Source: Verrucomicrobiota bacterium
GTDB lineage: Bacteria; Chlamydiota; Chlamydiia; Chlamydiales; SM23-39
DNA: 64,000 nucleotides
Assembly (NCBI GenBank): GCA_018968815.1
Contig: JAGWZL010000005.1
Location: 323 to 64,322 of the forward strand
Direction: 5' to 3'
Below, one piece after another: positions 49,247 to 58,715 of the stretch. How positions within the stretch are numbered: position 1 is the first letter of the stretch; the number at the start of each line of letters is the position of its first letter. A program made the position numbers and the translations under genes. Under the pieces are notes generated by a model. The model saw only the letters and a list, made by a program, of their open reading frames with translations, searched no databases and was not told where the DNA came from.

Positions 49247-50359
49247 ATGGGCCCAATCAAAATCGCTTTTCTCTGCTGTCTGCTCTGTGTCGCGTGCAGC
49301 CAGAAAAAACCGGCAGAGCAGCCCCCTGTGCCGGTCACCGCAATCCGGGTCAGCCCACAGACCCTGCCCGCCAACTTCCAATACGTAGGCGTCGGCAAAA
49401 GCTCCCACATCGTGCAAATGAGAGCCCGCGTTGAGGGGTATTTGGAATCAATCGACTACGTGGAAGGCGCCCTCGTCCACACGGGCGAGTTGATGTTCAT
49501 CCTCGATCAGAGGCCGTTCGTCGCCGTTCTGGAAGAAGCCCAAGGCGAACTCTTGCGACAACAAGCCATCCTGTGGAATGCGGAACAAACTAAAAACCGA
49601 ATGGTCCCGCTCTATAAAGAAAACGCAGTGAGCCAAAAAGACATGGATGACGCCCTGGCCAGCGAGTGGGCGGCCCAAGCAGCGGTCGCCATCGCCAAGG
49701 CCAATGTCGAAAAAGCCGAAGTCAATTTGAGCTACACCACCATCCAGGCCCCCGTGACCGGCATGGCCAGCAACGCAAAATTTAGAGAGGGCGCGCTCAT
49801 CTCCCCAGGCCCCGATAATTTGCTCACAGAAATCTATGTGATCGACCCCATCTGGGTCTATTTCAGCGTCTCCAGCGGCGATATCTTAAAGGCGCGCGGC
49901 GAAGCGGCCCAAGGACTCGTCCAATTGCCCCCAGATAACCGCTTCGACATCGAGGTCGAATTCGCAGATGGATCGGTCTTGCCCGCAGAAGGAAAAATCG
50001 ACTTCACCTCGCCCTCCTTGCAACAAAGCACAGGCACCATGTTGGTGCGCACCGTATTGCCCAATCCAAAAGGCTATCTCAAACCAGGCGAATTCGTGAG
50101 CGTGATTGTGAAAGGCGCCGTCAGGCCCAATGCCATCGCTGTCCCACAACAGGCCGTCATGCAAGGCATGAACGGCACCTTCGTCTGGGTCATCAACGAA
50201 AAAAGCGAAGCCCAAATGCGCCCCGTTGTAGCGGGCGATTGGTACAAAGATGATTGGATCATCAACTCCGGTTTGAAACCAGGCGATATCGTCATCACCC
50301 AAGGAGTTAATAAAGTCCAAAATAACACCCCCGTTACGGTTAAAAACTGGGTCCCATGA
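49247..50359 (+). CDS. RND efflux periplasmic adaptor (membrane fusion protein, AcrA/MexA-like) lipoprotein
   Basis: The lipobox is ...CLLCVA|CSQ. Coiled-coil and beta-barrel adaptor blocks are present. It overlaps the pump gene by 4 nt. Confidence 0.9.
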   Translation: MGPIKIAFLCCLLCVACSQKKPAEQPPVPVTAIRVSPQTLPANFQYVGVGKSSHIVQMRARVEGYLESIDYVEGALVHTGELMFILDQRPFVAVLEEAQGELLRQQAILWNAEQTKNRMVPLYKENAVSQKDMDDALASEWAAQAAVAIAKANVEKAEVNLSYTTIQAPVTGMASNAKFREGALISPGPDNLLTEIYVIDPIWVYFSVSSGDILKARGEAAQGLVQLPPDNRFDIEVEFADGSVLPAEGKIDFTSPSLQQSTGTMLVRTVLPNPKGYLKPGEFVSVIVKGAVRPNAIAVPQQAVMQGMNGTFVWVINEKSEAQMRPVVAGDWYKDDWIINSGLKPGDIVITQGVNKVQNNTPVTVKNWVP

Positions 50360-53300
50360 TCTCAAGATTTTTTATCGACCACCCTATTTTCGCAGCCGTG
50401 TTATCCATCGTGATCACCTTCGCCGGCGTCACCGCCATCAAAAATCTCCCCGTGGAACAATACCCCAACATCACCCCCCCACTCATTCAGGTGACCGCCA
50501 CCTATAACGGAGCCAACGCCGACACAATGGCTAACGACGTCGCATCGCCCCTGGAACAGCAAATCCTCGGCGTCGAAAACATGATCTACATGTACTCCCA
50601 AAACTCCTCCACCGGCAATATGACCCTCGACGTCTATTTCAACATCGGCAGCGACGCCAACATGGACCAGGTCAACGTACTCAATTTGGTCAACCAAGCC
50701 ATGGCCGAACTCCCCAGCGAAGTCCAAGAAGAGGGAGTCACCATCCAAAAACAAACCCCCAACATCTTGATGATCGTCGCTTTGCAATCCCCACAAGGCA
50801 TTTATGACTCCATTTTCACAAGCAACTACGCCAGCATCAACGTCGTCAACGAACTCGATCTGCTGCCAGGCATCAGCACCATCTCAATCATCGGACAGCG
50901 CGACTACTCCATGCGCATCTGGCTCAGGCCCGACATGATGGCTGAATTGGGCATCACCACCAATGACATCGTCAAGGCCGTCCAACAGCAAAATGCCGAC
51001 TTCGGCATCGGACAAATGGGCCAGGCCCCCAATGCAAGGCCCGTTGCGTTGACCATTCCCATGAGCACACAGGGCCGGTTGAGCACACCCGAACAGTTCG
51101 AAAACATTATCTTGAGAGCCGATCTGAACGGCCAAATGGTCCTCTTAAAAGACGTCGCTAAAGTCGATCTCGGCGCCCAAGATTATACAGTCGATGGCGA
51201 ACTCGACGCTGTTCCCACCACACTGCTTGCCATTTACCAAGAATATGGAGCCAACGCACTGCAGGTCGCTGGAGCGGTGCGCAAAACCATGGAGCGCATC
51301 TCAAAAAATTTCCCCGGAGGACTCACTTATACCATCCCCTATGACACCACTTTGTTCATCAAAGGCTCCATTAAAGAGGTCTTTCTCACCCTCCTGGAAG
51401 CGGCAGGCCTCGTCGTGCTGGTCGTGTTCCTCTTCTTGCAAACGTTCCGCGCCACCCTCATTCCTGTGCTCGCGATGATCGTCTCCATCGTCGGCGCTTT
51501 TGCAGGGTTATATATACTCGGCTTCTCCATCAATACATTGACTTTGTTTGGCATGGTGCTCGCCATCGGCATCGTGGTCGATGACGCCATCGTCGTCGTC
51601 GAAAACGTCGAACGCAATTTGCGCACGTTTAAACTCTCGCCCAAAGACGCCGCCCGCAAAGCCATGGACGAAGTCACCAACCCCGTGATCGCAATCGTCT
51701 TCGTCCTCTGCTCAGTCTTCATCCCCGTCGCCTTCCTTGGCGGCATCGCAGGCCAGCTCTATAAACAATTCGCCATCACCATCGCCGTCTCCGTGTTCAT
51801 CTCCGGCTTCGTCGCCCTCACCCTCAGCCCCTCCATCGCAGCGCTCGTGCTCAAACCCCAAGAAAAAGAGTCTAAGTGGGCCATGTGGTTCAATCAGGGT
51901 CTCGCAAAAGTGACCGATGGGTATAGCAAAATCGCCTCTTGGCTGATCCATCGCACGGTGCTCGGCCTCGCCATTTTTGCAGCCATCTTGGCCGCGCTGT
52001 TTTTCTTCTTTAAAATGACGCCGACGAGCTTTGTCCCCAATGAGGACCAGGGCTATCTGATTGTCTTTGCCAACATGCCCGACGCGGCGAGCCTCGACCG
52101 GACAAAAAGGGCCGACGATCAGATCGAAGCCATCGCCATAAAACACCCAGGCGTAGAGCATGTCGTCTCTTTGACCGGATTTAGCATCGTAGAGAGTCTG
52201 AACCGGACAACGATTGGCACGAATTTTATCATTCTGAAAGATTGGAAAGAGCGAAAAGCCAAAAACTTGCACGCTGCGGCGATTTTGCAAGATCTGCAAA
52301 AAGAGTTCTTTGAAATCCAAGATGCACACGTCATTGTGACCAATCCCCCAGCGATTCAGGGGCTAGGCACGGTGGGCGGATTCGAGTTCTGGATTGAAAA
52401 CCGAGGCGATGGAGGCATGCCCGCCCTCGAACAAGCGGTCGCACATTTTCTCAGCAATGCCAAAAAGCGGCCCGAACTCTCCAATCTGTACACAACGGCC
52501 CAATTCAATAACATGCAGTTCTACGTCAATCTCGATCGGTATAAGGCGATGGCGCTCGGCGTATCGATTTCCGATGTGTTCCAAGCGCTGCAAACGCTTC
52601 TCGGCTCCGTCTATGTCAACAATTTCAACAAATTCGGCAGAGTCTATCAGGTGATTGTGCAGGCGCAGCCAGAATATCGGGAACGGCTCGACAATCTCGG
52701 CGACATGTATGTCCGCTCCTCTTTCAATGAAATGGTGCCGCTCAAATCGCTCATCTCCATTTCAACGACCAAAGGACCCAATTTGGTGAGCCGCTTCAAC
52801 GATTTCCCAGCCGCAGAAATCATCGGCTCTCCAGCTCCCGGATACTCGTCAGGCCAAGCGATCCAAGCCATGGAGGAGCTCGCCCAAAATCTCGGCCCCA
52901 ATATGAATTACGGTTGGAGCGGCGAAGTCTATCAAGAGATTGCCACCGGCGGCACCTCGTTCGTCGTGCTCCTCGCGGGACTGTTCATGGTGTTTCTCAT
53001 CCTCTCCGCACTCTATGAGCGCTGGTCGCTGCCGCTTGCCATCATCATGGCGGTGCCTTTCGGCGCGCTCGGCGCCTTTATCGCCATTTGGCTGCGCCAT
53101 ATGCCCAATGACGTCTACTTCCAAATCGGACTGGTCACCCTGATCGCCCTCTCTGCAAAAAACGCGATTTTAATCGTCGAATTCGCGCTGATGCAGAAAA
53201 AACAGGGGCTCTCCAATGTCGATGCCGCCATCGCCGCCGCTAAATTGCGCTTTCGCGCCATCATCATGACCTCGCTCACCTTCATTTTGGGAGTGACCCC

Positions 53301-53451
53301 GCTTGTGACTAGCCAAGGAGCCGGAGCCGCCAGCCGCCACTCTGTAGGAACCGGCGTCATGGGAGGCATGATCGCGGCCACCTTTTTGGCGATTTTCTTC
53401 GTCCCTCTTTTCTTCAAACTCTTAGCAGGGAAGAAGGATGAGACACCTTAA
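50356..53451 (+). CDS. RND multidrug efflux transporter (AcrB/MexB-type, HAE1)
   Basis: 1031 aa starting [20 protein letters not shown]..., with a 12-TM architecture and two large periplasmic loops. ...[17 protein letters not shown]... is present. Confidence 0.95.
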   Translation: MISRFFIDHPIFAAVLSIVITFAGVTAIKNLPVEQYPNITPPLIQVTATYNGANADTMANDVASPLEQQILGVENMIYMYSQNSSTGNMTLDVYFNIGSDANMDQVNVLNLVNQAMAELPSEVQEEGVTIQKQTPNILMIVALQSPQGIYDSIFTSNYASINVVNELDLLPGISTISIIGQRDYSMRIWLRPDMMAELGITTNDIVKAVQQQNADFGIGQMGQAPNARPVALTIPMSTQGRLSTPEQFENIILRADLNGQMVLLKDVAKVDLGAQDYTVDGELDAVPTTLLAIYQEYGANALQVAGAVRKTMERISKNFPGGLTYTIPYDTTLFIKGSIKEVFLTLLEAAGLVVLVVFLFLQTFRATLIPVLAMIVSIVGAFAGLYILGFSINTLTLFGMVLAIGIVVDDAIVVVENVERNLRTFKLSPKDAARKAMDEVTNPVIAIVFVLCSVFIPVAFLGGIAGQLYKQFAITIAVSVFISGFVALTLSPSIAALVLKPQEKESKWAMWFNQGLAKVTDGYSKIASWLIHRTVLGLAIFAAILAALFFFFKMTPTSFVPNEDQGYLIVFANMPDAASLDRTKRADDQIEAIAIKHPGVEHVVSLTGFSIVESLNRTTIGTNFIILKDWKERKAKNLHAAAILQDLQKEFFEIQDAHVIVTNPPAIQGLGTVGGFEFWIENRGDGGMPALEQAVAHFLSNAKKRPELSNLYTTAQFNNMQFYVNLDRYKAMALGVSISDVFQALQTLLGSVYVNNFNKFGRVYQVIVQAQPEYRERLDNLGDMYVRSSFNEMVPLKSLISISTTKGPNLVSRFNDFPAAEIIGSPAPGYSSGQAIQAMEELAQNLGPNMNYGWSGEVYQEIATGGTSFVVLLAGLFMVFLILSALYERWSLPLAIIMAVPFGALGAFIAIWLRHMPNDVYFQIGLVTLIALSAKNAILIVEFALMQKKQGLSNVDAAIAAAKLRFRAIIMTSLTFILGVTPLVTSQGAGAASRHSVGTGVMGGMIAATFLAIFFVPLFFKLLAGKKDETP

Positions 53452-54850
53452 TGTGATTCTCCTGTTTCTCGTTTCTTGCACGCTCTATCCAAAATATGTT
53501 CGCGAAGTGGAATTTGCAATGCCCTCCGACTGGCGCATCGAGTTCTGCGAGATGAACGAGCTCGGCAATGTCAATTGGTGGCGCAATTTGGGCGATCCAG
53601 TCCTCGATGGATACATTCAAGAGGCGCTGGGAGCGAATCAAGATCTGCAAGTGGCCATCGCCACAGTCGACGCCTTCGCCGCCCAATTAGGCGTGGTCCG
53701 CTCGCAGCTTTTTCCTCAAATCAGCGGCTCAGGAAGCGCGGGAAGAGCCAAAGTGTCACAGACAACGGAACAATTGCTCCCCGGCGAGCCCGCCATCAAC
53801 AACGCCTATGATCTGGTGCTCAATGCCTCGTTCCAACTCGATATTTGGGGACAAATCCGGAGCGCTGTCGATGCGGCCAAAGCGCAATTATATGCCTCCA
53901 TCGAGACGCGTAGAACCGTTGTATTGACCCTCATCAGTTCGGTCGCATCCACATATGTGTTGATGCGGCAATTCGATGAGCAGCTCCGCATTGCCAAAGA
54001 GACCAAAGCCGCCAGAGACGAATCGTACCGGTTGGCCGTGATCCGCTTCGAATTGGGACTCACCTCCATGCTGCCCGTCGATCAGGCCAAATCGGAAGTC
54101 GAAGACGCGCAAACGACGATCGATCAAATCGCCATCCAAGTAGCCCTCACAGAAGACCTCCTCTGCTTTTTAATGGGCAAAGCCCCTATGACCCCCGAGC
54201 GAGGCAAATTGCTCGGAGAAATCTATATGCCCCCCTGCGTGCCCGCCTACTTGCCCTCCGAGCTCCTGAATCAGCGCCCCGATATCTTGGCCGCTGAACA
54301 ACAGCTCATCGCAGCCAACGCGCAAATCGGAGTGGCAAGAGCCGCCTTCTTCCCCAACTTTTCACTCACCGGACAATATGGAGCCGAAGGAACAACATGG
54401 CACAATCTGTTCACAAAGCCATCGAGCATTTGGGAATATGGAATCAACCTTTTACAGGAAATTTTCACGGGCGGTGAACTCACCAACCAGCTGAGATTCA
54501 CCGAAGCGCAGCAGCGAGAAGCTCTCCATCAGTATCAATCGACCATCCTGAATGCGTTCAAAGAGGTGAACGATAGTTTGATTTCACACAGAATCTCACT
54601 CGATTTGGAAAGAGATCAAAAAATTAAAGTCGATACACTCAAAGACTATTTGCGCCTCTCCTGGCTACGCTATCAAAATGGACTCGTCGATTATTTGACA
54701 TTTCTCGATGCGGAAAGACAATTTTTTAGGGCAGAGCTCGCTTACACGGAAGCGCAGGCGCAAAGCTTCACCACACTCATCGATCTCTATAAAGCGCTCG
54801 GAGGCGGCTGGGTCGTCGCCGCCGATTGCTCTTTGGAGCTACCTGAATAA
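53438..54850 (+). CDS. Outer-membrane efflux factor lipoprotein (NodT/OprM family)
   Basis: The lipobox is ...LFLVS|CTLYP. ...[12 protein letters not shown]..., ...[11 protein letters not shown]... and a C-terminal ...LYKALGGGW are present. Confidence 0.9.
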   Translation: MRHLNVILLFLVSCTLYPKYVREVEFAMPSDWRIEFCEMNELGNVNWWRNLGDPVLDGYIQEALGANQDLQVAIATVDAFAAQLGVVRSQLFPQISGSGSAGRAKVSQTTEQLLPGEPAINNAYDLVLNASFQLDIWGQIRSAVDAAKAQLYASIETRRTVVLTLISSVASTYVLMRQFDEQLRIAKETKAARDESYRLAVIRFELGLTSMLPVDQAKSEVEDAQTTIDQIAIQVALTEDLLCFLMGKAPMTPERGKLLGEIYMPPCVPAYLPSELLNQRPDILAAEQQLIAANAQIGVARAAFFPNFSLTGQYGAEGTTWHNLFTKPSSIWEYGINLLQEIFTGGELTNQLRFTEAQQREALHQYQSTILNAFKEVNDSLISHRISLDLERDQKIKVDTLKDYLRLSWLRYQNGLVDYLTFLDAERQFFRAELAYTEAQAQSFTTLIDLYKALGGGWVVAADCSLELPE

Positions 54851-54875
54851 ACTTTTGATCTGATACAAGTAGACT

Positions 54876-55940
54876 ATGAAAATCTTTTTTCTTCTCTTCT
54901 TTGCTGCCGCGTTTGCATGCACCGACTTTGTCGTGCAGGCCAAAGATGGCGCTCTGATCAATGGACGCTCTCTTGAATTCGGCAAAGATCTACAATCGAT
55001 CATCCGCCTCTTTCCAAGAGGACAAAAGACAATCAGTCAGGCCCCCGGACAAACACCCGGCCTCGGTTGGATCTCTAAATATGGATATCTCGGCGTCACC
55101 TGCCTCGGACTTTCTCTCTCCTTCGATGGCATCAATGAAACAGGCCTCTCCTTCGGCTATTTGTGGCTGCCCGGCGTCACCGAATACCCAACTGTGCAAG
55201 ACTCTAAAAAAGCCCTCGACTTCACAGACTTCTGCGCTTGGGTTCTCGGTAATTTCGCCACCGTCGCTGAAGTCAAAGAGGCCCTTCAAAATGTCTCGAT
55301 TTGGGGCCACGCCGTTCCTTCCCTCGGAATTCCCCCCGTACACGCCGCTATCCACGATGCCAAAGGCAATCACCTCGTCGTCGAATTCGTCCAAGGCAAA
55401 ATGCAAGTGTACGACAACCCCATCAGCATCTTGACCAATTCCCCACCCTTTGATTGGCAAATCACCAATTTGCAAAATACACTCAACTTCAGCCCCTATA
55501 ACCCCAATTCCGTGGCGTTTCGAGGAGTCTCCCTGTCCCCGCCCGGACAAGGAGGGGGCCTTTGGGGCTTGCCAGGCGATTTTAGCCCACCCTCCCGCTT
55601 TGTCAAAATAGCCACCCTCTTGCGCCTCGCTTTGCAACCCAATCACCACTCCGATGCAGTCAATTTGGCTGAACACCTCCTCAATAGCGTCGATATCCCA
55701 TTGGGGACTGTGCGAGACCCAGGCCAAGATACAGGCGACTTCACGCAATGGGTCATCATTAAAGACTTAACCAATCGAGCGCTCTACTTCCGCTCTTACG
55801 GAGATTTAACCCTGAAAAAAATCGATCTGAAAAAATTGAACTTCACAAAAGAAAATAAAAATAGCCTCCCCCTAGACCTAAGAAGAGGCTTTGTCGATGT
55901 CACAGACTCATTGTCAATCAAGAACCGACAAATCGATTGA
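54876..55940 (+). CDS. Ntn-hydrolase, choloylglycine hydrolase / penicillin V acylase family (linear amide C-N hydrolase)
   Basis: The signal peptide ends ...FAAAFA|CTDFVV, exposing the nucleophile Cys. ...NGRSLEF... is present. The size is about 335 aa. Confidence 0.8.
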   Translation: MKIFFLLFFAAAFACTDFVVQAKDGALINGRSLEFGKDLQSIIRLFPRGQKTISQAPGQTPGLGWISKYGYLGVTCLGLSLSFDGINETGLSFGYLWLPGVTEYPTVQDSKKALDFTDFCAWVLGNFATVAEVKEALQNVSIWGHAVPSLGIPPVHAAIHDAKGNHLVVEFVQGKMQVYDNPISILTNSPPFDWQITNLQNTLNFSPYNPNSVAFRGVSLSPPGQGGGLWGLPGDFSPPSRFVKIATLLRLALQPNHHSDAVNLAEHLLNSVDIPLGTVRDPGQDTGDFTQWVIIKDLTNRALYFRSYGDLTLKKIDLKKLNFTKENKNSLPLDLRRGFVDVTDSLSIKNRQID

Positions 55941-55978
55941 AACTTTTTACTTGGATAGGTTCAAAGAGTCGATGACTG

Positions 55979-56332
55979 TTATGCATTAATTTCGGATTCT
56001 GCAACCACAACCGGTTTCGGCAATCTCATGCGCGTCGCCGGAAATTTCAACTCGCTCGCCAACATCGAAAGCTCTTGTAATTTGGAAAGAACCTGATCTA
56101 AAAAACCATCCTGTTTCCAAATCTTATACCATCGATGCGATGCCGATTTCGAAGCAAACTCCCCACTCTTCGGCAGCGCTTCCCACTTCGACTTCGTACA
56201 AAGAATATATAAAATCGAATTCAATACCTTTCGCCACGGCGTATGCGGCTTCCCTCGCCCTCGTTTCATCGGCTTCGGGAAAAGCGGCTCTAATACCTGC
56301 CATTGTAAGTCTGTTAATTCTTTGTAACTCAT
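55979..56332 (-). mobile_element. IS5-family (IS427/IS1031-type) transposase N-terminal ORF only; remnant
   Basis: ...LTDLQWQVLEPLFPKP..GRGKPHTPWRKVLNSILYILCTKSKWEALP...HRWYKIWKQDGFLDQV... matches the DUF4096-type orfA. No DDE-domain ORF follows, and only 38 nt separate it from the neighbouring gene. Confidence 0.6.
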
Positions 56333-56350
56333 GTGCTCTCTCTTTTGTTA

Positions 56351-56644
56351 TTATGATTCATTATTAAATGATTCTTGGATTTCATCGATGATCGCCTGCT
56401 GCGCTTTCGTAGGCTCAAATTCTGTGGACGTTGTCCACCGGTCCGCTTGAGTCTCTAAAAATCGCTGCACCTCTTGAATCGAAACAAGCGCCTCTTTTCT
56501 CTTTTTCTGATCCTCAGATGCAAGCTGCACTCGCAATGCGCGAAAATATTGACGCGATTCATACAGGATTTTCCGAATCTGTTCCACATCCATCGTCGCA
56601 TCAGACGTGTTCTCTTTTAAGAAGTTTAAAAAGCTATTTTTCAT
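56351..56644 (-). CDS. Small helical hypothetical protein
   Basis: 97-aa ORF, charged and helical, with no signal peptide. An AT-rich 106-nt region lies upstream. Confidence 0.4.
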   Translation of the reverse strand: MKNSFLNFLKENTSDATMDVEQIRKILYESRQYFRALRVQLASEDQKKRKEALVSIQEVQRFLETQADRWTTSTEFEPTKAQQAIIDEIQESFNNES

Positions 56645-56750
56645 ATTAATAGTATATGTTCTTATACGTTAATTATATCCCATTTTGATTTAAATGTAAA
56701 TACAATTTTTTAGTAATACATTAGAGTGTAAGTGATTGATTTTCAGTATG

Positions 56751-57680
56751 TTAGTAGTTCTTTTGCCAGCAACAACGGAGCTGGAGGGGGATGATTTCAA
56801 AGCGTTCGATGGGTTGGTAGATTTGCCAGTTTCTGAGGCGGCAAGGGGGGTCTCGAGTGCGATGGGAGAGTTGATAGAGGGGGAAGGTGAGAGAAAGCGC
56901 TGCTTGTAACACGACTCCGAAGAGATCGTCGTAGCGGTAGCTCAAATCGAGGGCTAAATAATCCCGAAATTGGGGTTTGATTCTCGCTTCGAAGCCAAAG
57001 GTATTGCAGCAGCATCTGGACAGGAAATAGGGGCCGCAAGCGGCGTAGAGAGAAAACTGAGGGGCGTTGATGAGGAAGTAGCCCCCTTCTGCATTCATGC
57101 TATAAGAGACCGATTCGATATTTTTGCGCAGGAGAAAGTAGTTGTTGGTATAGCTGTTAAAGAGGCATGTACGAATATGTTGGGTTTGACCCCAAGGGAG
57201 ATAAGCGTTGGCTCGAAAATCCCATTTCGAACCCAACAGTTCAAACCCGATGCCAAACTGACGATAATGTCCGATGCATCCTTCGCGGGTATCATAGAAT
57301 GCATTCACACCGATCATTTGGCAAAAACTGGCTTTGGCATCGGGGACGTATCGGCCTCCAATGCCCACGTTAGCGGCATAGAGATCTTGAATGAATCGGT
57401 GGCCGATGAGATCGAGGAAAGGAAACATGCGGCCTGGGCGATAATCGGGAGAAACGAACAGTTCTACGGTTGTGTAGTTGGTGATGGGGGCCAGGCACTT
57501 TTCATCTTGATGACCCCAAGCATGGCGAATGGCGATTCGCTTGGTCCATAGGTGGGATGGCGGCTGTGGGGCTATTGCCGCGGGAGCAGGCTTTTGAACC
57601 TGAGTTTTGGCTTCAGCTGTTGCGCACATCAAATAGAGGGCCAAAACAGCGCATAGATACGTTTTGCTTCGATCTTGCAT
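56751..57680 (-). CDS. Cysteine-rich outer-membrane beta-barrel candidate (inverse-autotransporter-barrel-like, no passenger)
   Basis: The signal peptide is ...LMCATAEA|K. Alternating beta-strand pattern; 13 Cys in total including 2 in the signal peptide, with CCC and CC runs. ...ANVGIGGRYVP...IGVNAFYD...FGIGFELLGSKWDFRANAYLPWG... recalls the intimin/invasin beta-domain. Confidence 0.45.
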   Translation of the reverse strand: MQDRSKTYLCAVLALYLMCATAEAKTQVQKPAPAAIAPQPPSHLWTKRIAIRHAWGHQDEKCLAPITNYTTVELFVSPDYRPGRMFPFLDLIGHRFIQDLYAANVGIGGRYVPDAKASFCQMIGVNAFYDTREGCIGHYRQFGIGFELLGSKWDFRANAYLPWGQTQHIRTCLFNSYTNNYFLLRKNIESVSYSMNAEGGYFLINAPQFSLYAACGPYFLSRCCCNTFGFEARIKPQFRDYLALDLSYRYDDLFGVVLQAALSLTFPLYQLSHRTRDPPCRLRNWQIYQPIERFEIIPLQLRCCWQKNY

Positions 57681-57722
57681 ATCGCCATTAAAACAAAATC
57701 TTCAAGGAGATGGCTAGTTTTT

Positions 57723-58706
57723 TTATTTGAGCCTAAAAGCGGTGAGATATACCCACGGGTCCGTTCCGTTGCTTGCATATGATGTGGAGCCGCTGGCCGC
57801 TTCTTGATACACACTGATTGTATCCATCGCGTTCAAAGTAACGAGCGTTGTGAAGCTATACATCATTTTTGATGTGCTTGCACCGGAAGGATTGTAAAAA
57901 GTATAAAGAGTGGCTGAAACAGCGCCAGCAGCGCCATTGATGCGAAGACTAAACAGAGTATTTAGACCTGATCCTGATATGGAGGCTCCAAACGTCACTT
58001 GATAAGTGCCGGCATGGGTCACTTGCAGCCCCGAAGTGGAAGCTGAGACAGAACCGCTGCTCGCCGGATTTAAAGTGACGGTATTGCCACCGCCGAGATT
58101 AAAGAGATTGGTCGCCCCGACCGCGGTACCCCCAGGTCCAACGACATAAGCCATTCCAAAATCGCCGATGGTTCCCGCAGGCCCCGTCGCCCCTGTAGCG
58201 CCCGTTGGCCCCGTCGGACCTGTTGGCCCGGTCGCCCCTGTAGGGCCTGTTGGCCCGGTCGCACCTGCAGGGCCCGTTGGCCCGGTCGCACCTGCAGGGC
58301 CCGTTGGCCCGGTCGCACCTGCGGGGCCTGTTGGTCCGGTCGCACCTGCGGGGCCTGTTGGTCCCGTTGCACCTGCAGGGCCGGTTGGACCGGTCGCACC
58401 TGCAGGGCCTGTTGGACCCGTCGCACCTGCAGGGCCCGTTGGACCCGTCGCACCTGCGGGGCCTGTTGGTCCGGTCGGACCTCCTACTGGGCCGGTGGAA
58501 CCGGTCGGACCTGTTGGACCTGTGTTGCCTGAGCTTGCTGGGCCTGTTGGGCCTGTGGGACCCTCAGGACCGGGAGGGCCTTGCGCAGGAGTTTTGCCGC
58601 ATCCGCCGCAACCTCCTTTGGCTAACAGGAAAGATTTGGGCACAGAGAGAAAAGAAACGGAGGCTAGGAAGAGAAGGCAGAAAAGCAGTCGGTGATGCAT
58701 TTTCAC
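57723..58706 (-). CDS. Collagen-like (Gly-X-Y) repeat protein with BclA/C1q-like C-terminal globular domain
   Basis: It has a signal peptide and a GGCGGCG motif, followed by ~150 aa of GPT/GPAGAT triplets. The C-terminal ~140 aa are ...[18 protein letters not shown]...SLRINGAAG...[13 protein letters not shown]...VYLTAFRLK. The RBS taggagga lies upstream. Confidence 0.85.
   Translation of the reverse strand: MKMHHRLLFCLLFLASVSFLSVPKSFLLAKGGCGGCGKTPAQGPPGPEGPTGPTGPASSGNTGPTGPTGSTGPVGGPTGPTGPAGATGPTGPAGATGPTGPAGATGPTGPAGATGPTGPAGATGPTGPAGATGPTGPAGATGPTGPAGATGPTGPTGATGPTGPTGPTGATGATGPAGTIGDFGMAYVVGPGGTAVGATNLFNLGGGNTVTLNPASSGSVSASTSGLQVTHAGTYQVTFGASISGSGLNTLFSLRINGAAGAVSATLYTFYNPSGASTSKMMYSFTTLVTLNAMDTISVYQEAASGSTSYASNGTDPWVYLTAFRLK
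58230..58472 (-). repeat. 27-bp tandem repeat x9 (encodes GPAGATGPT nonapeptides)
   Basis: Consecutive units of ggtcgcacctgcagggcccgttggccc and close variants begin at 58230, 58257, 58284, 58311, 58338, 58365, 58392, 58419 and 58446. Confidence 0.95.
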
Positions 58707-58715
58707 TTTTTCCTC

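Noticed and set aside
55979-56332. Functional insertion sequence
   Set aside because: Only the ~117-aa N-terminal ORF is present. No DDE transposase frame and no identifiable terminal inverted repeats follow, and the neighbouring gene ends 38 nt away.
58230-58472. Possible CRISPR array (regular 27-bp periodicity)
   Set aside because: The units are directly adjacent with no spacers and lie in frame inside a coding sequence. I saw no cas genes in the window.
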